Counted from the first letter of the stretch, positions 23,843-40,296 are shown. The stretch: DNA of 64,000 nucleotides from Octopus vulgaris (GCA_951406725.2 OX597816.1:14198001-14262000), one strand, 5' to 3'. A program made the numbers and translations. Notes: a model not told the origin generated them from the letters alone.

Positions 23843-23994
23843 CTTTTTGATTATACTTTTTGATTATACTTTTTGATAGTAGGTTTGATAGGATGATGTC
23901 TATATTAAAATACTACAATAACCAATAATATGCTGTGCATGTATAGTAAGTAATATTAAGATCATGAAATTAGTATTAGCTTATCTCACTCTTT

Positions 23995-24065
23995 TTCGGG
24001 GAGTCCCTAGGAACCTTTTGCAGAACCCTAGGGTTCCGGGGGAACTCCGATTGAAAAAAACACGG
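23995..24065. mobile_element. hAT/Charlie-like MITE end
   Basis: GAACCCTAGGGTTCC..GAACTCCGATTGAAAAAAACACGG followed by GTCTAGA, a Charlie-type target motif. Confidence 0.4.
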
Positions 24066-24284
24066 GTCTAGAAGGTGGAAGGATAAACTCTATAACGGAA
24101 TGGTTAAAGGGGAATAACACTGGTTAGCATAAATACATCAGAAGAATGCGTGTGTTCAAAATAGCATCCATAACTTGTTCAGAAGATTAGACGTTTAGGA
24201 TTTACGGTAGAAAGTTCTGAAAGCACAAAACTCACGAATGTATAGGATATTAAAAGAAGTATCTAATTTATCTAGTTTTTCTTT

Positions 24285-24645
24285 TGCCTCCCAATCACAT
24301 GACTCCAGGTTCAGTCCCACTGCGTGGCACCTTGGACAAGTGTATTCTATCATATCCTCGGGCCGACCGAAGCCTTGTGAGTTATTCTGGAAACTGAAAG
24401 AAGCCCATCGTATGTATGTATGTAATTATGTATGTATGTATGTGGGTTTGTATTGATGTATGTATGTATGTATGTATGTATGTATGTATGTATGTATGTA
24501 TGTATGTATGTATGTATGTATGCATGTGTGTCTTTGTGTCTGTGTTTGTCCCCCACAGCCGTTTGACAACCGGTGTTGGTGTGTTTAGGTCCCAGAAACA
24601 CTAGTGATTCGGCAAAAGATACTGACAAAATATCTACTAGGCTTT
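24285..24645 (+). mobile_element. SINE family A, diverged
   Basis: Partial homology to the consensus. Confidence 0.7.
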
Positions 24646-24757
24646 ACAACAATAACAATAACAATGATGATGTAGCAAGCCTGCTATGCATACAAGATTC
24701 CAGGAGCTCAAAAAAAAAAAAAAAAACCCTGTGATAAAGAGAAATAATAATAATGAC

Positions 24758-24844
<87 letters not shown>

Positions 24845-24846
<2 letters not shown>

Positions 24847-25724
24847 CGGGGACGTTTAAGATGTAAGAAGGAAAATACAGAGCTCCGAAATCTATCCACA
24901 AACATCGAAAACAAGGACACCCTATGGAGCCAAAGATTTACTAACAAAGAATTGGACTATATCCGAGTAAGTAATACGAATTGAAATTTATTACTATTTT
25001 CGAAACGAAATGTAGTATTTTGACTCGATATTATCTCCACCTCTAATACAACACATGTAAACATGCGTGGAACAACACGATCATCCCCGACCTCAAACAC
25101 CATGTACAAAGGAACTACGAAGAAATTAAATGCCACCGATACTATTCAACCCAAGAATAACAATCGAACGGTACGTACATTAAACCTACAACAAAAAATG
25201 TACGAAAAACTACACGTGCGAAATAATGTGACAACAGAAATAAACGGACCGGTACCCTACGAAAATGACGACCGTCAAAACAATGGGCCGGACGTTGTAC
25301 CTCATGTCCCGCAATTAAAACCCAAAAGACGTAAATGGACACGTGAGGAATACATTTCTATCTTACACGCATACTTCACAGCAATGCTCTACCCACAAAA
25401 TGAAAATACAACAACACATACATATAAAATATGGAAGGAAAATAATAGAGATATAGACTTGGATACAGCAATGAACCCTCATAAATTAGCTAACGTACGA
25501 AGATAAAAAAATATTCAGACAAATACATAACAAAAACACCAGGACTTACAAACACATATAACATACAGAAAATTGCACTACTAGGCACTGCACACATCCT
25601 ACGCAGAACACTTTCCATACAATAACCATCAGAGCATCACGACAAATCACAGCACATACCCAAGGCACACAGAGCTGCGCTCGGTAGTGAAGTGAAAGCA
25701 CGTTATAACAATAAAACTACTGAA
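24845..25724 (+). mobile_element. Internally deleted R4/Dong-type LINE (5' UTR + N-terminus fused to C-terminus + 3' UTR) in (AAT)n
   Basis: ORF 25063-25506 has KRRKWTREE...AYF. It is followed directly by DKYITKTPGL..IQKIALLGTAHILRRTLS* and a 3' UTR shared with 33521-33630. (AAT)n lies on both sides. Confidence 0.75.
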
Positions 25725-25726
25725 CG

Positions 25727-25816
<90 letters not shown>

Positions 25817-26033
25817 ATAATAACAATAATAATAATAATAATAAGTATGGGGATTTGATCGACTAAAACCCCTCAAGGTGGTGTCCCAGCATGGCTGCAA
25901 TCAAATGACTGAAACATGTTAGTGATATAAAATATGTAATTGACAGAAATACCACCAAAATTGGTCACTTCGTGGCACCAGATGACCGAAAGCATTTTCT
26001 GTGATTTAATCTTTATCATTTTGTGTCTGTTGT

Positions 26034-26245
26034 AAGGCGGTGAGCTGACAAAATCGTTAGCATGCCGGACAAAATGCCTAGCGGCGTTTCGTCTGCCCTT
26101 TACATTCTGAGTTCAAACTCCGCCGAGTTCGACTTGGCCTTTCGTCCTTTCGAGCTTGATAAAATGGAGTATTAGTCAAGTACTTGGGTCTGTGTAATCG
26201 ACACCCTTAAATTTGCTGGCCTTGTGCCAAAAGAAGAAATAGATA
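26034..26245 (+). mobile_element. SINE family B, diverged
   Basis: Head and Meta-like domain are recognisable. Confidence 0.75.
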
Positions 26246-26447
26246 TTGTGTCTATTGTATAAACGAAATATGTAAACGTAAGCGGTGGGAGAAGATAATT
26301 TATGTCTGTGGGCAAAATGGAGTTATAGACAAAATGGCCGCGAATATCGTCTCGTCATCTGACACCACGTTTGAAGGAATGTTGCAAACGATAACTCAAC
26401 GGGGACTGTTTGTTTGTAAAAACTCATTTGGTAAAAGATTAGAAAGT

Positions 26448-26868
26448 CTCTTTTACTCTTTTACACTTTTATTTGTTTCAGTCATTTGACTGCAGCCATG
26501 CTGGAGTACCGCCTTTACTCGAGCAAATCGACCCCAGGACTTATTCTTTGTAAGCCTAGTACTTATTCTATCGGTCACTTTTGCCGAACCGCTAAGTTAA
26601 GGGGACGTAAACACACCAGCATCGGTTGTCAAGCGATGTTCGGGGGACAAATACAGACAGACAAACACAAACACACACACACACACACACACATACATAT
26701 ATATATATACATATATACGACGAGCTTCTTTCAGTTTTCGCCTACCAAATTCACTGACAAGGCTTTGGTCGGCCCGAGACTGTAGTAGAAGACACTTGTC
26801 CAGTGTGACTGAACCCGGAACCATGTGGTTGGTAAGCAAGCTACTTAGTACACAGCCACTCCTACGCC
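26448..26868 (-). mobile_element. SINE family A
   Basis: Reverse complement of the consensus. Confidence 0.88.
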
Positions 26869-27192
26869 TGCCAGCAATTTGAAAGCCGTGCGATGCACAG
26901 AAGCGGTTGTATGTCATTTGATAAGCGAACGAGAATCGCAATTAGTGACTAGGGCGTTGATGGGCAATGTGGGTGTATAAATTAAATCTAAACACCCAAA
27001 GATCCTTAGAACGAGAGATAGGTTACCACAAGAGAAAACATACTCAGACTTATTAGGAAAAATGAGTTGGGTAGCAAAATCTTCAACCCTTGATATATTG
27101 CTGTCACAGCATCCTAATTACATCAACGATCTCTACATAAACAATAAATTAGAGTTAGTAATAATAGTAATGCCATTAGTAGTAGTTGTAGC

Positions 27193-27244
<52 letters not shown>

Positions 27245-27349
27245 ATAGTAGTAGTAGTAGTAGTAGTAGTAGCGAAAGGTTTGTATTGGTAAATGTACAG
27301 TCTTAAGGCGTATATTGTAATATGATAACGTCATATATGAATAAAACGA

Positions 27350-27503
27350 CGTAGCTGCGTGGTAAGTAGCTTGCTTACCAATCACATGCTTCTGGGTTCA
27401 GTCACACTGCGTAGCGCCTTAGGCCAGTGTCTTCTACTATAGCCTCGGGCCGAGCAAAGCCTTGTGAGTGGATTAGGTTGACAGAAACTGAAAGAAGCTC
27501 GTC

Positions 27504-27539
<36 letters not shown>

Positions 27540-27765
27540 GTGTGTATGTGTGCGCGCGCGCGCGCGTTTGTTCCCCCCCCCCATCGCTTGACAACCGTTG
27601 TTATAGTGTTTACGTCGCCGTATCTTAGCGGTTTGGCAAAAGGGAATGATAGAATAAGTACTAGGCTTACAAAGAATAAGACCTTGGCTAGAATTTGTTC
27701 GACTAAAGGCGGTGCTCCAGCATGGCCACAGTCAAATGACTGAAACAAATAAAATAATAAAAGAA
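27350..27765 (+). mobile_element. SINE family A
   Basis: Near-full copy. A further head fragment follows at ~27780-27940 and a 3' half at 28176-28340. Confidence 0.85.
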
Positions 27766-28431
27766 TTGGGGCAAGCTTTCATGTGTGGTTAATAAGCTCA
27801 GTCGACAAGCACAAAGTTTCGGGTTCAGTCCCACTGTGTGGCATCTTGGGCAAGTGTCTTCTACTATAGCCTCAGGGCCGACTAATAAAAACATTTTGAG
27901 TGAATTTGATCGATGGAAACTGTGTGGAAGCGCATCGAATATATATAAATATATAGGAATAAAAAATGGAGTCAACGCAGGTTTAAACAAGTATTTTTTC
28001 TTTCTACATATGTTTCAAAAATTCCACTGATACTTATTCAAAAGAATAAAAGGTATAAACAATGCAATCTTCTCTTCGGGAAAGTGAAAAAACGAAACTT
28101 GTCAATACGACATTTTAGCAAAAAATGATGGATTCGTATAGCGATAGACAGAACGCTATTAATATATATATATATGCTGGTGTGTTTACGTCCCCGTAAC
28201 TTAGCTGTTCGGCCAAAAAGGCCGATAGAATAAGTACCAGGCTTACAAAGAATAAGTCCTGGGGTCAATTTGTTCGACTAAATGCGGTGTTCCAGCATGG
28301 TCGCAGGCAAATGACTCAAATGCATGAAAGACTAAAAGAATACTTTTAGAATAATGAAAAATTATTTTTCAGGAAAGCTTTTAACTGATATGCAGAAAAC
28401 GAAAATTCAGTTTACTTATTAATAGTTATTG

Positions 28432-28830
28432 CCTTTGCACAGCTTCTAACGCTGGAGATGTACTACAGTGTCAGCTGTTCACTACCAGAGAACTAAGGTA
28501 ACACCCCTTATTTTTCGAGCAACTTCCGGAGTATTCGAGCATTTCCAAGCAATGCTGTTTCCTGCATGTGCTCCACCCTTATTGCATCCCCGATTTGCTC
28601 CATGTACTTCTCAAGATTTTTACTCCCTGTTCCCAGGGATCCGACAGTTATTGTTACTACCACCTTTTTCTTCGACCACAACTGCTTAACCTCCCAAGCT
28701 AACCTGCCATACCTCTCTACTTTTCTTTCTTCCTTATCACATAACTTGTCAGTTGGGCATGCTATATCTACGATCCAACGTCGTTTGGTTTCTTTTTCAA
28801 TTAAGACTATGTCTGGCTTCCTATTCGAAT
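28432..28830 (-). pseudogene. R4/Dong-type LINE RLE-domain 3' fragment (second family)
   Basis: The minus strand reads RKPDIVLIEKETKRRWIVDIACP..KEERKVERY..LAWEVKQLW. Same family as 62895-63213. Confidence 0.8.
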
Positions 28831-28877
28831 TTTTTTCCTGCTTAGAGATAAATGTATTATCAATACATTTTTACAAG

Positions 28878-29058
28878 AAGGCGGCGAGCTGGCAGAAACG
28901 ATAGCACGCCGGGCGAAATTCTCAGCGGTATTTCGTCTGCCGTTACGTTCCGAGTTCAAATTCCGCCGGAGTCGACTTTGCCAATCATCCTTTTGGGGTA
29001 GACTTTTCAACCTTTCGGGGTCGATTAAATAAGTACCAGTGAAGCACTGGGATCGATG
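28878..29058 (+). mobile_element. SINE family B
   Basis: Consensus head with a partially duplicated Meta-like segment. Confidence 0.82.
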
Positions 29059-29839
29059 AAAGAGAGAAGACAGGAAAAGTTTAACATCGTGGACAGGATT
29101 CAAACGCCACCTCTGTTGAAAACCGTATAGCTGTGCTAATCATTATTAGCAGAGAGAGATAATGAGAGAAAGAGAGAGTGTGTGAGAGAGAGAGAGAGGG
29201 GAGGGAGAGAGACAGAGACAGAGAGAGAGAAGAGATAGAGGGAGGGGAGGGAGATTCGATACCTACCACATGCCGATATCACTGCTGCAACGAAAAATAA
29301 ACCCATCCAACCGATTAAAGGAAGGAGATTTTCTGAGAGTAGCAATCCAATAGTCGCTGTCATGGGTTGGAAAATAGATTTGCAGGAAAACAAAAGGGTA
29401 AATAAAAATAGATTTAAAAAAATGAATAATTACAAGGGAAGAAACTCTGGAAAGACTGCTTACCTTAAAGATATCAAGGGAAGCAACTCAAAAGATGTTT
29501 GAATTTGGTTTGCATAATTCTTCACAAGAATACGTGTTGAATACAAATCTTGTGTCGTAGGTGCGTCATTTTGCCAATACCACACGCACCGATCCAGTTC
29601 CACTTCTTTATTGTTAGTCAATTGGTTGAATATTTAACTGACTAACAAATCGACCGTTTGTTTAATGTGTTGGTTAAACGATCGATCGCGAAACAAACAA
29701 TCGATTTACACAACCGAGTTGGTAAGATATTTAACCAATTGGCTAATAATAAAGCAGTAGAATTGAATCTGTGCGTTGTTATTATTGGTGAAATTACTCT
29801 TCCAAGACAGAACTCCGACTGAAATGGGAAGGGAGTTGT

Positions 29840-29995
29840 TGAAATGCTATTACTGTAAGAAGAAGCTTGACATAAATATTATAATCAACAGCGATCTGCT
29901 CTGGACGATCTTCATCTCTAAGATTATCGAGAGGGCCGAGGATATCTTAGCATCACTCAGTAAGATCTTTGTCAGCCGATATCCATCTATCAATT
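29840..29995 (+). pseudogene. Possible highly degraded CR1/L2 RT fragment
   Basis: KKLDINIIINSDLLWTIFISKII..AEDILASLSKIFVSR resembles the EKDLGI...LSW..HI motif. Confidence 0.35.
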
Positions 29996-30441
29996 TAAAG
30001 TGTATATGACTAAGCATTTCGCCCGGCGTGCTTACGTTTCTGCCAATGATAATTGTATACAGTGCTTGAGTGCACTACAACGCATCAAAAAACGTCCCCA
30101 AAACGGAAAGCAACGTGGGGTGGGGAAAGGGTTTCGGGAAAAAAATTAATAAACAAATCTGTGATTGAGATGGAATAGATCCTTAGCATCGGTTAGTCAT
30201 TGGGCTACGGCCATGCTGGGGCATTATCTGGAAGAATTAAGTGTAGCGAATCAACCTTAGGACATATTTTTTGAGAGCCGATATTTATTCTATCGGTTAC
30301 TTATGCCGAACCGTTAAGTTGCGGTGACGTAAGCAAAACAACCCTGGTCGTCAAGCGGTGTGTGTGTGTGTATGTGTGTGCGTGCATGCAGAACAAACAC
30401 AAGCACAAAGATACACTCGCGCGTATACACACACTCACACA

Positions 30442-30481
<40 letters not shown>

Positions 30482-30689
30482 GAAAAGGTTGAATTATATT
30501 TCGTCCTTTAATTGGAGGGTCCCAAATTAATCATTTTACCATGAATTTGCATGTTTTAATATCGCTGTTTGAAACGATCGCATGCAATTATTAAAATTCT
30601 GTCAAATTTTAACATCTTCATTTTTAACAAATTTGTTGAGTTCTATGGGATACCTTTTCATAAATTCACGCATAACGCATCATACACAA

Positions 30690-30782
<93 letters not shown>

Positions 30783-30825
30783 ATATGTGTGTGTGTGTAT
30801 ATATGTATATATGTATATAGATGTG

Positions 30826-30876
<51 letters not shown>

Positions 30877-30978
30877 GCATATATATACATACATACAAAC
30901 ATACAAACATACATACATATATACATATATACATACATATATATATATATATGTGTGTGTATGTATGTATGCATGTAT

Positions 30979-31370
30979 ATACAAAATACAGTGTACATTT
31001 AAACACATTAAGAGGTATCCTTCATAGGACTCCCTTATGCTAGAAGGAACAGCTAAAGTTATAACCACTAATTAGGGATGAAATCTCGAATGGAATGAGA
31101 AATAAAAACATTTACCGTGGTCCAGGAAATAGATGGTAAATGTTTTTTCTTTTCATTCCCCTCGAGAATCTATCTCTAATTAGTGGTTTGAACTTTAGGT
31201 GTCCCTTCTAGAGTAAGGATGTCCTATGAAGGATGCCTTTTAATGTGTTTAAATGTACACTCTATTTTGTATGAATAATATATAGTGTATTGACTAATTT
31301 CTTTTTTACGCTAGGCCACTGGCAGTAAAAATTTCAAAAATTTGTATTACCCTGATATTATTGATTATGT
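30979..31370. repeat. Diverged fold-back element between (TA)n tracts: ~138-bp arms (30979-31116 / 31135-31272) plus tail
   Basis: The arms align as reverse complements at roughly 85% by eye. Confidence 0.85.
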
Positions 31371-31384
31371 ATATATATATAATC

Positions 31385-31520
<136 letters not shown>

Positions 31521-31542
31521 TGCGTGTGAAAAGGAACACACG

Positions 31543-31714
31543 AAAGTCAAGGTAGAAAATGCTAAAATAATTTTATAGAATACATTTCAGTACCGGTTTC
31601 AGTCATCGAGACCTTTAATTAAAAGAAAAGTGTTTTAAAAGAATATTTGCATAGTGTTCAAATACAAGTGGCATTTTCCTTGTTTCTACCTGTTTCTATC
31701 TCTCTTGTTTACTC
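31543..31714 (-). mobile_element. Second copy of the 3625-3847 repeat (HHR 5' core deleted)
   Basis: The minus strand retains GGTCTCGATGACTGAAACCGGTACTGAAATG. Confidence 0.65.
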
Positions 31715-31719
31715 TTTGG

Positions 31720-31948
31720 GCCCTCGAAGCCCAAGCTGTTGCACTATCTGGTCCTGTATTTTCATGGCGATACTGGTATCTTTGGCACTATGCAGTGGCG
31801 CCCCGTTCTGCATTTTTAGTAAATTTCAATGCCAAAGTTTGCTACAAAGGCTTCTAGAATTTTCCAGATGTAATCACTGCATCTCTCTCTCTCGCCTTCG
31901 TTCCACGGAGAAGAGTTTAAATTCTTTCAGTCTTTCCCAGTAGCTAAT
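31720..31948 (-). pseudogene. CR1-like LINE fragment
   Basis: The minus strand reads SYWERLKEFKLFSVERRRER. Confidence 0.65.
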
Positions 31949-32591
31949 ACAATGACCTAACCGGTTTCACAATTTTCAGACACTGTTTTATTATATCGTT
32001 AGAGGCTGTTTTGTCTTAATATGCGGTTGCTTTTGGGTACTTACTACAGAAAGGCCCAGAGAAACAGAAATACATGCTTTAGCAAAACCACCGCTGCAGC
32101 TGGAAGATTTTCGTCTGCTCCTGATATATTTCTTTTTTTTTAACAATGTATGTCTATACGAGATGCTATCTCAGGGTGAATACCATAGTTAATTAGTTTC
32201 CCAACGATGTATCAAGTTTAAGTATGATAACCAGATTGCTGTAATAGTTATGAAAATAAGCCAAGAATTAGTAAGGTACCAGGAACACGAAATAGGTGGA
32301 TTGCAAAAGAAATAATAAACAACGGATACTAGTAGATATTTGTGATGTCTGATAATGTTTGGAAATACAAGAGGGAATCAGTCTCGGTAGGATTGCAGAA
32401 AAAGTAGTTAAAAGGGAACGAAATTAGAAGGGATGACCTACTTACCTAATTACCTAATTACTTAATTGGCCATGTGTGAGAGTAAACAAACTTCAATACG
32501 AATTAAAATTGGAATCGGTTTATACATTTTCGAAGGAATGGAGATGGTGGTGATGCCTGGGACTAGATGGTCAGGTTGATCACAACAAATA

Positions 32592-32657
32592 TATCATCAT
32601 CATCATCATCGCATCATCATCATCATCATTCGCATAATCATCATCATCATCATCACC

Positions 32658-32689
<32 letters not shown>

Positions 32690-32851
32690 CATCATCACCG
32701 CTGCCACCACCACCACCACCACCACCACCACCACCACCACCACCACCACCACCACCACCACCACTACCACCACCACCACCGCCGCCGCCACCACCGCCGC
32801 CGCCACCACCGCCGCCGCCACCACCACCTTCATCATCATCATCATCATCAT
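32592..32851. repeat. (CAT)n/(CAC)n/(CGC) trinucleotide microsatellite
   Basis: Directly visible. Confidence 0.95.
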
Positions 32852-33287
32852 TGGCGAGCCGGCAGAGCAGTTAGAACGCAGGGCAAAATGCTTAACGGTA
32901 TTTCGTCTGCCGTTACGTTCTGAGTTCAAATTCCGCCGAGGTCGACTTTGACTTTCATCCTTTCGGGATCAATAAATTAAAAACGAATGAAGTACTGGGG
33001 GTCGATGTGGTCGACTTAACCCTTCCCCATGAATTTCAGGCCTTGTGCCTATAGTAGAAACATTATTATCGAAAGCGGTGAGCTGGCAGAATTGTTAGCA
33101 TGCCGGGCCAAATGCTTAACACCATTTAGTCTGTCTTTACGTTCTGAGTTGAAACTCTGCCGAGGTCGACTTTGCTTTGCATTTCATCCTTTCGGGGTAG
33201 ATAAACTAAGTACCAGTGAAATACTGAGGTCGATGTAATCGACTCATCCCGTCTCCCCAAATGGCTGCCATTGCAACAAAATTTGAA
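32852..33287 (+). mobile_element. Two adjacent SINE family B copies (32852-33068, 33072-33287)
   Basis: Each has a head and a Meta-like domain. Confidence 0.85.
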
Positions 33288-33361
33288 GGCTCCGACTTCA
33301 CGTTACTTCTATTTCTAGATCTTTGTATTTTGAAAGCTTCTCCATTTCTTTTAGAGAAACG

Positions 33362-33399
<38 letters not shown>

Positions 33400-33406
33400 A
33401 TTATTA

Positions 33407-35690
<2,284 letters not shown>

Positions 35691-35704
35691 ATTATCATTT
35701 ATTA

Positions 35705-35776
<72 letters not shown>

Positions 35777-35779
<3 letters not shown>

Positions 35780-36976
35780 GTTTGAATTTTGCTTTATATG
35801 TGTACAAGTTGACTCCATGTTTCACCAAGAGACTTCAAGAGACAACAAGTTAGAAGCTCAAGTTGGTTTTATGCCTAGAGTGCCATATATTTGGTTTTGC
35901 GCATAGTATTATTCTAGAGAAAGTTTAAGAAACCATAAGAAAATTAGGAGTTTGTTTTAAAATTTGAGATTACATAGAAAGAATTTCCAATGAGCACTAT
36001 CTTTTGAATTACTGCCATTTTGGGGTTTCCTGATATCTGAATTAGGTAGCAACCAGCCCCTTTTGCTATCATTCCAAGGACGCCTATGACAACAGCTATT
36101 GTTTTAGTCTTCAGGTTCCACATTTTGCCAATATATATTTCAAGATCTTTATACTTGCTCAGATTTTGGTAGGACTTCACAGATACATGTATGTCGATTG
36201 GGACAGTCATATCAATGAGGAGGCATGATTTTTGTCTGAAGTCTTTCAATATGATGTCTGGCCTATTCGCATCTATCTTTATGTCAGTTTGAACGCTGAA
36301 GTTCCAGAGGAATGAGAGTTTTTATCATGGGGCAGGTCCAGATTTTTGCAAATTACTTAGTGAATATATTGTGCAGCTCTATCATTGCTTGTTGTGATAC
36401 CCTGTAGACGCAAAAAGACCGCACATGAAGACAACATGATTAATGGTTTCATTTTGTTGTTTATATACATGACGTGTTGGGCTACTTCCGTTCTTTAATA
36501 TGTTGGCCTGGTAATTCCTTGTAGGTAGGCATTGATCTTGGGCTACTACGATAAATCCTTCTTTCTGATTTTAAGCCAGAAGACACTAACCATTGATGGG
36601 TAAGGGCTTTGTCAACATCGGCACTATTAACTCTTTTTGGGTATTTGCCATTGAGAGGTTTTTCTTGCCATTTATCATTAAGAATATCTAAAGCAGCAGT
36701 TTTAGCACGGGTTTTCATACGCTTAGATTTTTCTGTGCTTGTTTCCAGAACGTCTAATTCTGGGATTTGTTGTATTTGGAATTCACTTAGATATTCCTTT
36801 GCCTGTTTTGATGCTTTCTTGTTTTCATGCTTTAAGACATAATTTAGCAACCAGTCATCAGAGTCTTTCAAGTAGGTGTCCAGGCCAATTGTAGCAATCT
36901 TCATTGTTAATTCCAGTCATAAAAGTCCAAGGCCACCGTCTTTTCTTGGCAGGTAAAGTCGTTCTATATCTGCCTT
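35777..36976 (-). pseudogene. 5'-truncated R4/Dong-type LINE with (TAA)n tail
   Basis: The minus strand has KADIERLYLPRKDGG, WQEKPLNGKY, RPDII..D..CLLIDMTVP and KYKDLEI. Confidence 0.88.
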
Positions 36977-37154
36977 ACAAAGAAGTGACACAAGATTTGT
37001 TTAAACATACGACTTTACATCATGAATCATGAAAACCAAATGCAAAATCAAGTATTACACACACATACACACACATACATACATACATACATACATACAT
37101 ACATACATACATACATACATACATACATACATACATACATACACACACACATAT

Positions 37155-37565
<411 letters not shown>

Positions 37566-37615
37566 AATATATATATGTATGTATGTAAGTTATGTATGTA
37601 TGTTTGTGCGTGTGC

Positions 37616-37653
<38 letters not shown>

Positions 37654-37676
37654 ATCTATCTATCTATCTATCTATA

Positions 37677-37789
<113 letters not shown>

Positions 37790-38664
37790 AACATATGCAC
37801 ACACATCTACGCACACACCCACACGTACAAAACACACGTGTGCATAGTATATTTGTACAGGTATTTAACTTCTGGATAGGTGCCAATTACGTGAATTAGG
37901 TAGCAAGGTGATCTGACAAGAAAAATATTAAAAAACAAAACAAAAAAAACCCCAAAAACAAAACAAATACAATAAAGGAAAAAAACAAACAAACAAGAAA
38001 CTAAAAAACGAAAGAAAACGACGAAGATGAATACAAGAGAGAGAGAGGATGTTGAGAGCAAATCCATTAGTTATTTTAGTAGTTGTATAAAATGTCTCCT
38101 CTCTTTCCCAACCCATCGGAACAACGTATCGCCTGTCTCTTCTCTCCCACCGACTCGTAATGTTTCCCGGCAATCAATGAATATGAGAAGAGATTTATCG
38201 TTTTGTTTGGTCAATAAAGACCGAGAACTTCCTTCCCTTTCTCTCGTTCTCTTTCTCTCTTTTCTCTTTCTCTCTCTGTCTCTCTGTCTGTTTGCCTATC
38301 TGTCTGTCTGTCTGTCTGTCTGTCTCACACACACATGCACAGATATGCAATTTCTTTTTCTCTTACTCTCTCTTTCTCTCGTTTTCTTCCTACTTGTCTC
38401 ATATGCTCACTTTTTTTTTCTTTCACTCCCTTCTTTATCTTTCTTTTCGCTCATTCCCTCTGCCTGTCTGTCTGCCTTGTTGTGGAATTTGAACGACTGA
38501 ATCGTCTCACAACTTTCCTTACCACAACCACCATCGCCTCCACCCCCACCGCCGCCTCCGCTACAACCACCGAAAAACCCATAGTCAACACCACCGCCAC
38601 TACCAATGCTGCCGTCGCCGCCACCTCCACTACCACGACCACGACCACTTTCAGATCTGAAAGA

Positions 38665-39335
38665 TGTCTGATATAAAAAGAAATAAGTCTACGTAAAAGG
38701 TTTAATTACAGGTCTAATATAAAAGGACTTCGGTCTAAGATAAAAAGACAGACCTAATATACTGTGTCTAGTTATAGGTCTAATACAAAGGGACTTTAGT
38801 CTAATATAATTGGTCTAATCACAGGCCTAATATAAAGACATAAAGCTATGTCTAATCATAGATCTAATATGGAAAAAGCTTTGGTCTGCTACAATTGGTG
38901 TAATCATAGGTCTAATTTAAGTTTAGACATTTGTCTAATTTAAAAGGAGTTACGTCTAGTACTCTAGTCCTTATCATGGGCCTAATGTAAAAGGACTTTA
39001 GTAGGTCTAATGATAGGTTTAATATTAAAATTCACAAGCTTAATAGACTTGGTCTAACGATGGATCTAATACAAAAGTAGATAGAAGTCTAATAGAAGAT
39101 ACAAATCTAACAGAAAATAGAAAGTGTAGAAAGTTTAATCATAAGTCTAATGTATAAGGACTTAATTCTCATATAATAGACATGGCTATCGGTCTAAAAG
39201 AAAATAAACGTGGGTCTAATATTATTGGTCTAATTGTAAGTCTAGCCATAGGACTACCATAAAAGGATGCTGTAACATACGTCTTGATATATATATATCT
39301 AAACTTAAATGCTATAAAATGTCTAAAGTTAGGTC
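38665..39335. repeat. Degenerate satellite built on the (A/G)GTCTAAT motif
   Basis: Dozens of GTCTAA(T)-like motifs at ~10-25 bp spacing, with AAAGGACT spacers. Confidence 0.7.
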
Positions 39336-39490
39336 CAGGGGCAGACTGAGAGCATCAAGGGCTCTCGGGTATAACTGTTTACTGGACCCTTAGCATTGAT
39401 ATCAATAGAGGTAACGTGTGGATTGCGGGCCTCTCAGAGCTCCTGGCCCTCGAGCAGTACCCGATTGACCGACAGCTCAGTCCGCCTCTG
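39336..39490. mobile_element. 155-bp hAT-like MITE
   Basis: TIRs CAGGGGCAGACTGAG / CTCAGTCCGCCTCTG. The 8-bp TSD is GTTAGGTC / ATTAGGTC. Confidence 0.75.
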
Positions 39491-39515
39491 ATTAGGTCTA
39501 GTATAAAATGGCATT

Positions 39516-39796
39516 GTTTGTTCCTTCTCGAGCCACGTCCGGCTCATAAGGCGTATAGGTTCCCCACCTGGACGGGACGCTGGTCCGTCGCAGGTGATCT
39601 GCAAGATGCAGGAGAAAAGAGTGAGAGAAGTTGTGGTGAAAGAGTCAGCAGAAGTTCGCCATTACCTTCTGCCGGAGCCGCGTGGAGCTTAGGTGTTTCG
39701 CTCATAAACACACACACATCGCCCGGTCTGAGATTCGAACCCGCGATCCCTCGACCGCGAGTCCGCCGCTCTAACCACTAGGCCATGTGCCACCAC
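39516..39796 (-). mobile_element. SINE family C
   Basis: TSD ATAAAATG(G/A)CATT at 39503-39515 and 39797-39809. Confidence 0.88.
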
Positions 39797-39987
39797 ATAA
39801 AATGACATTAGTCTTGCATAAATGGTTTAACCATGCTCTAGACATTGGTCTAAAAAAAGGACTTATTGATTCACCACAGACTACACTAGTCTAGAAGTAA
39901 AGGCCATAATGCCAGTTTTAGAAAGTCTTTTGATCATAGGCCCCAAAAGATTGGAGCTGACCTGGGGATAAGCAGCAACAACAACTA

Positions 39988-40100
39988 GTGGAGGCGCAAT
40001 GGCCCAGTGGTTAGGGCAGAGGACTCGCGGTCGTAAGAACGCGATTTCGATTCCCAGACCGGGCATTGTGAGTGATTATTGAGCAAAAAACACCTAAGTT
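39988..40100 (+). mobile_element. SINE family C head fragment
   Basis: GGAGGCGCAATGGCCCAGTGGTTAGGGC... head. Confidence 0.8.
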
Positions 40101-40296
40101 CCCTAGTCTAGATTGCGAATTCTCTGTACCCCAAGATGGTTCAACTCTCCACCCGTTAAAAGCCACCGTTTACGGAATGCGGATAACAACGTAGCTTTCG
40201 CGCCCGTGCAACCGCTTGTCTATCGCGTTCTTAGTAGCTTAGAGTAGGCTCGAATTAGAGATTATTCTTTATGGCTAATGGCGTGAGTCCTGATTG

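Noticed and set aside
32567-32923. Poly-His ORF as a host exon
   Set aside because: It is a pure trinucleotide repeat running into a SINE, with no flanking domain or splice support.
38090-38230. Unique higher-complexity islands (also ~29250-29400 and ~41050-41150) as conserved enhancers or exons
   Set aside because: No recognisable motif or ORF; cross-species alignment is needed.
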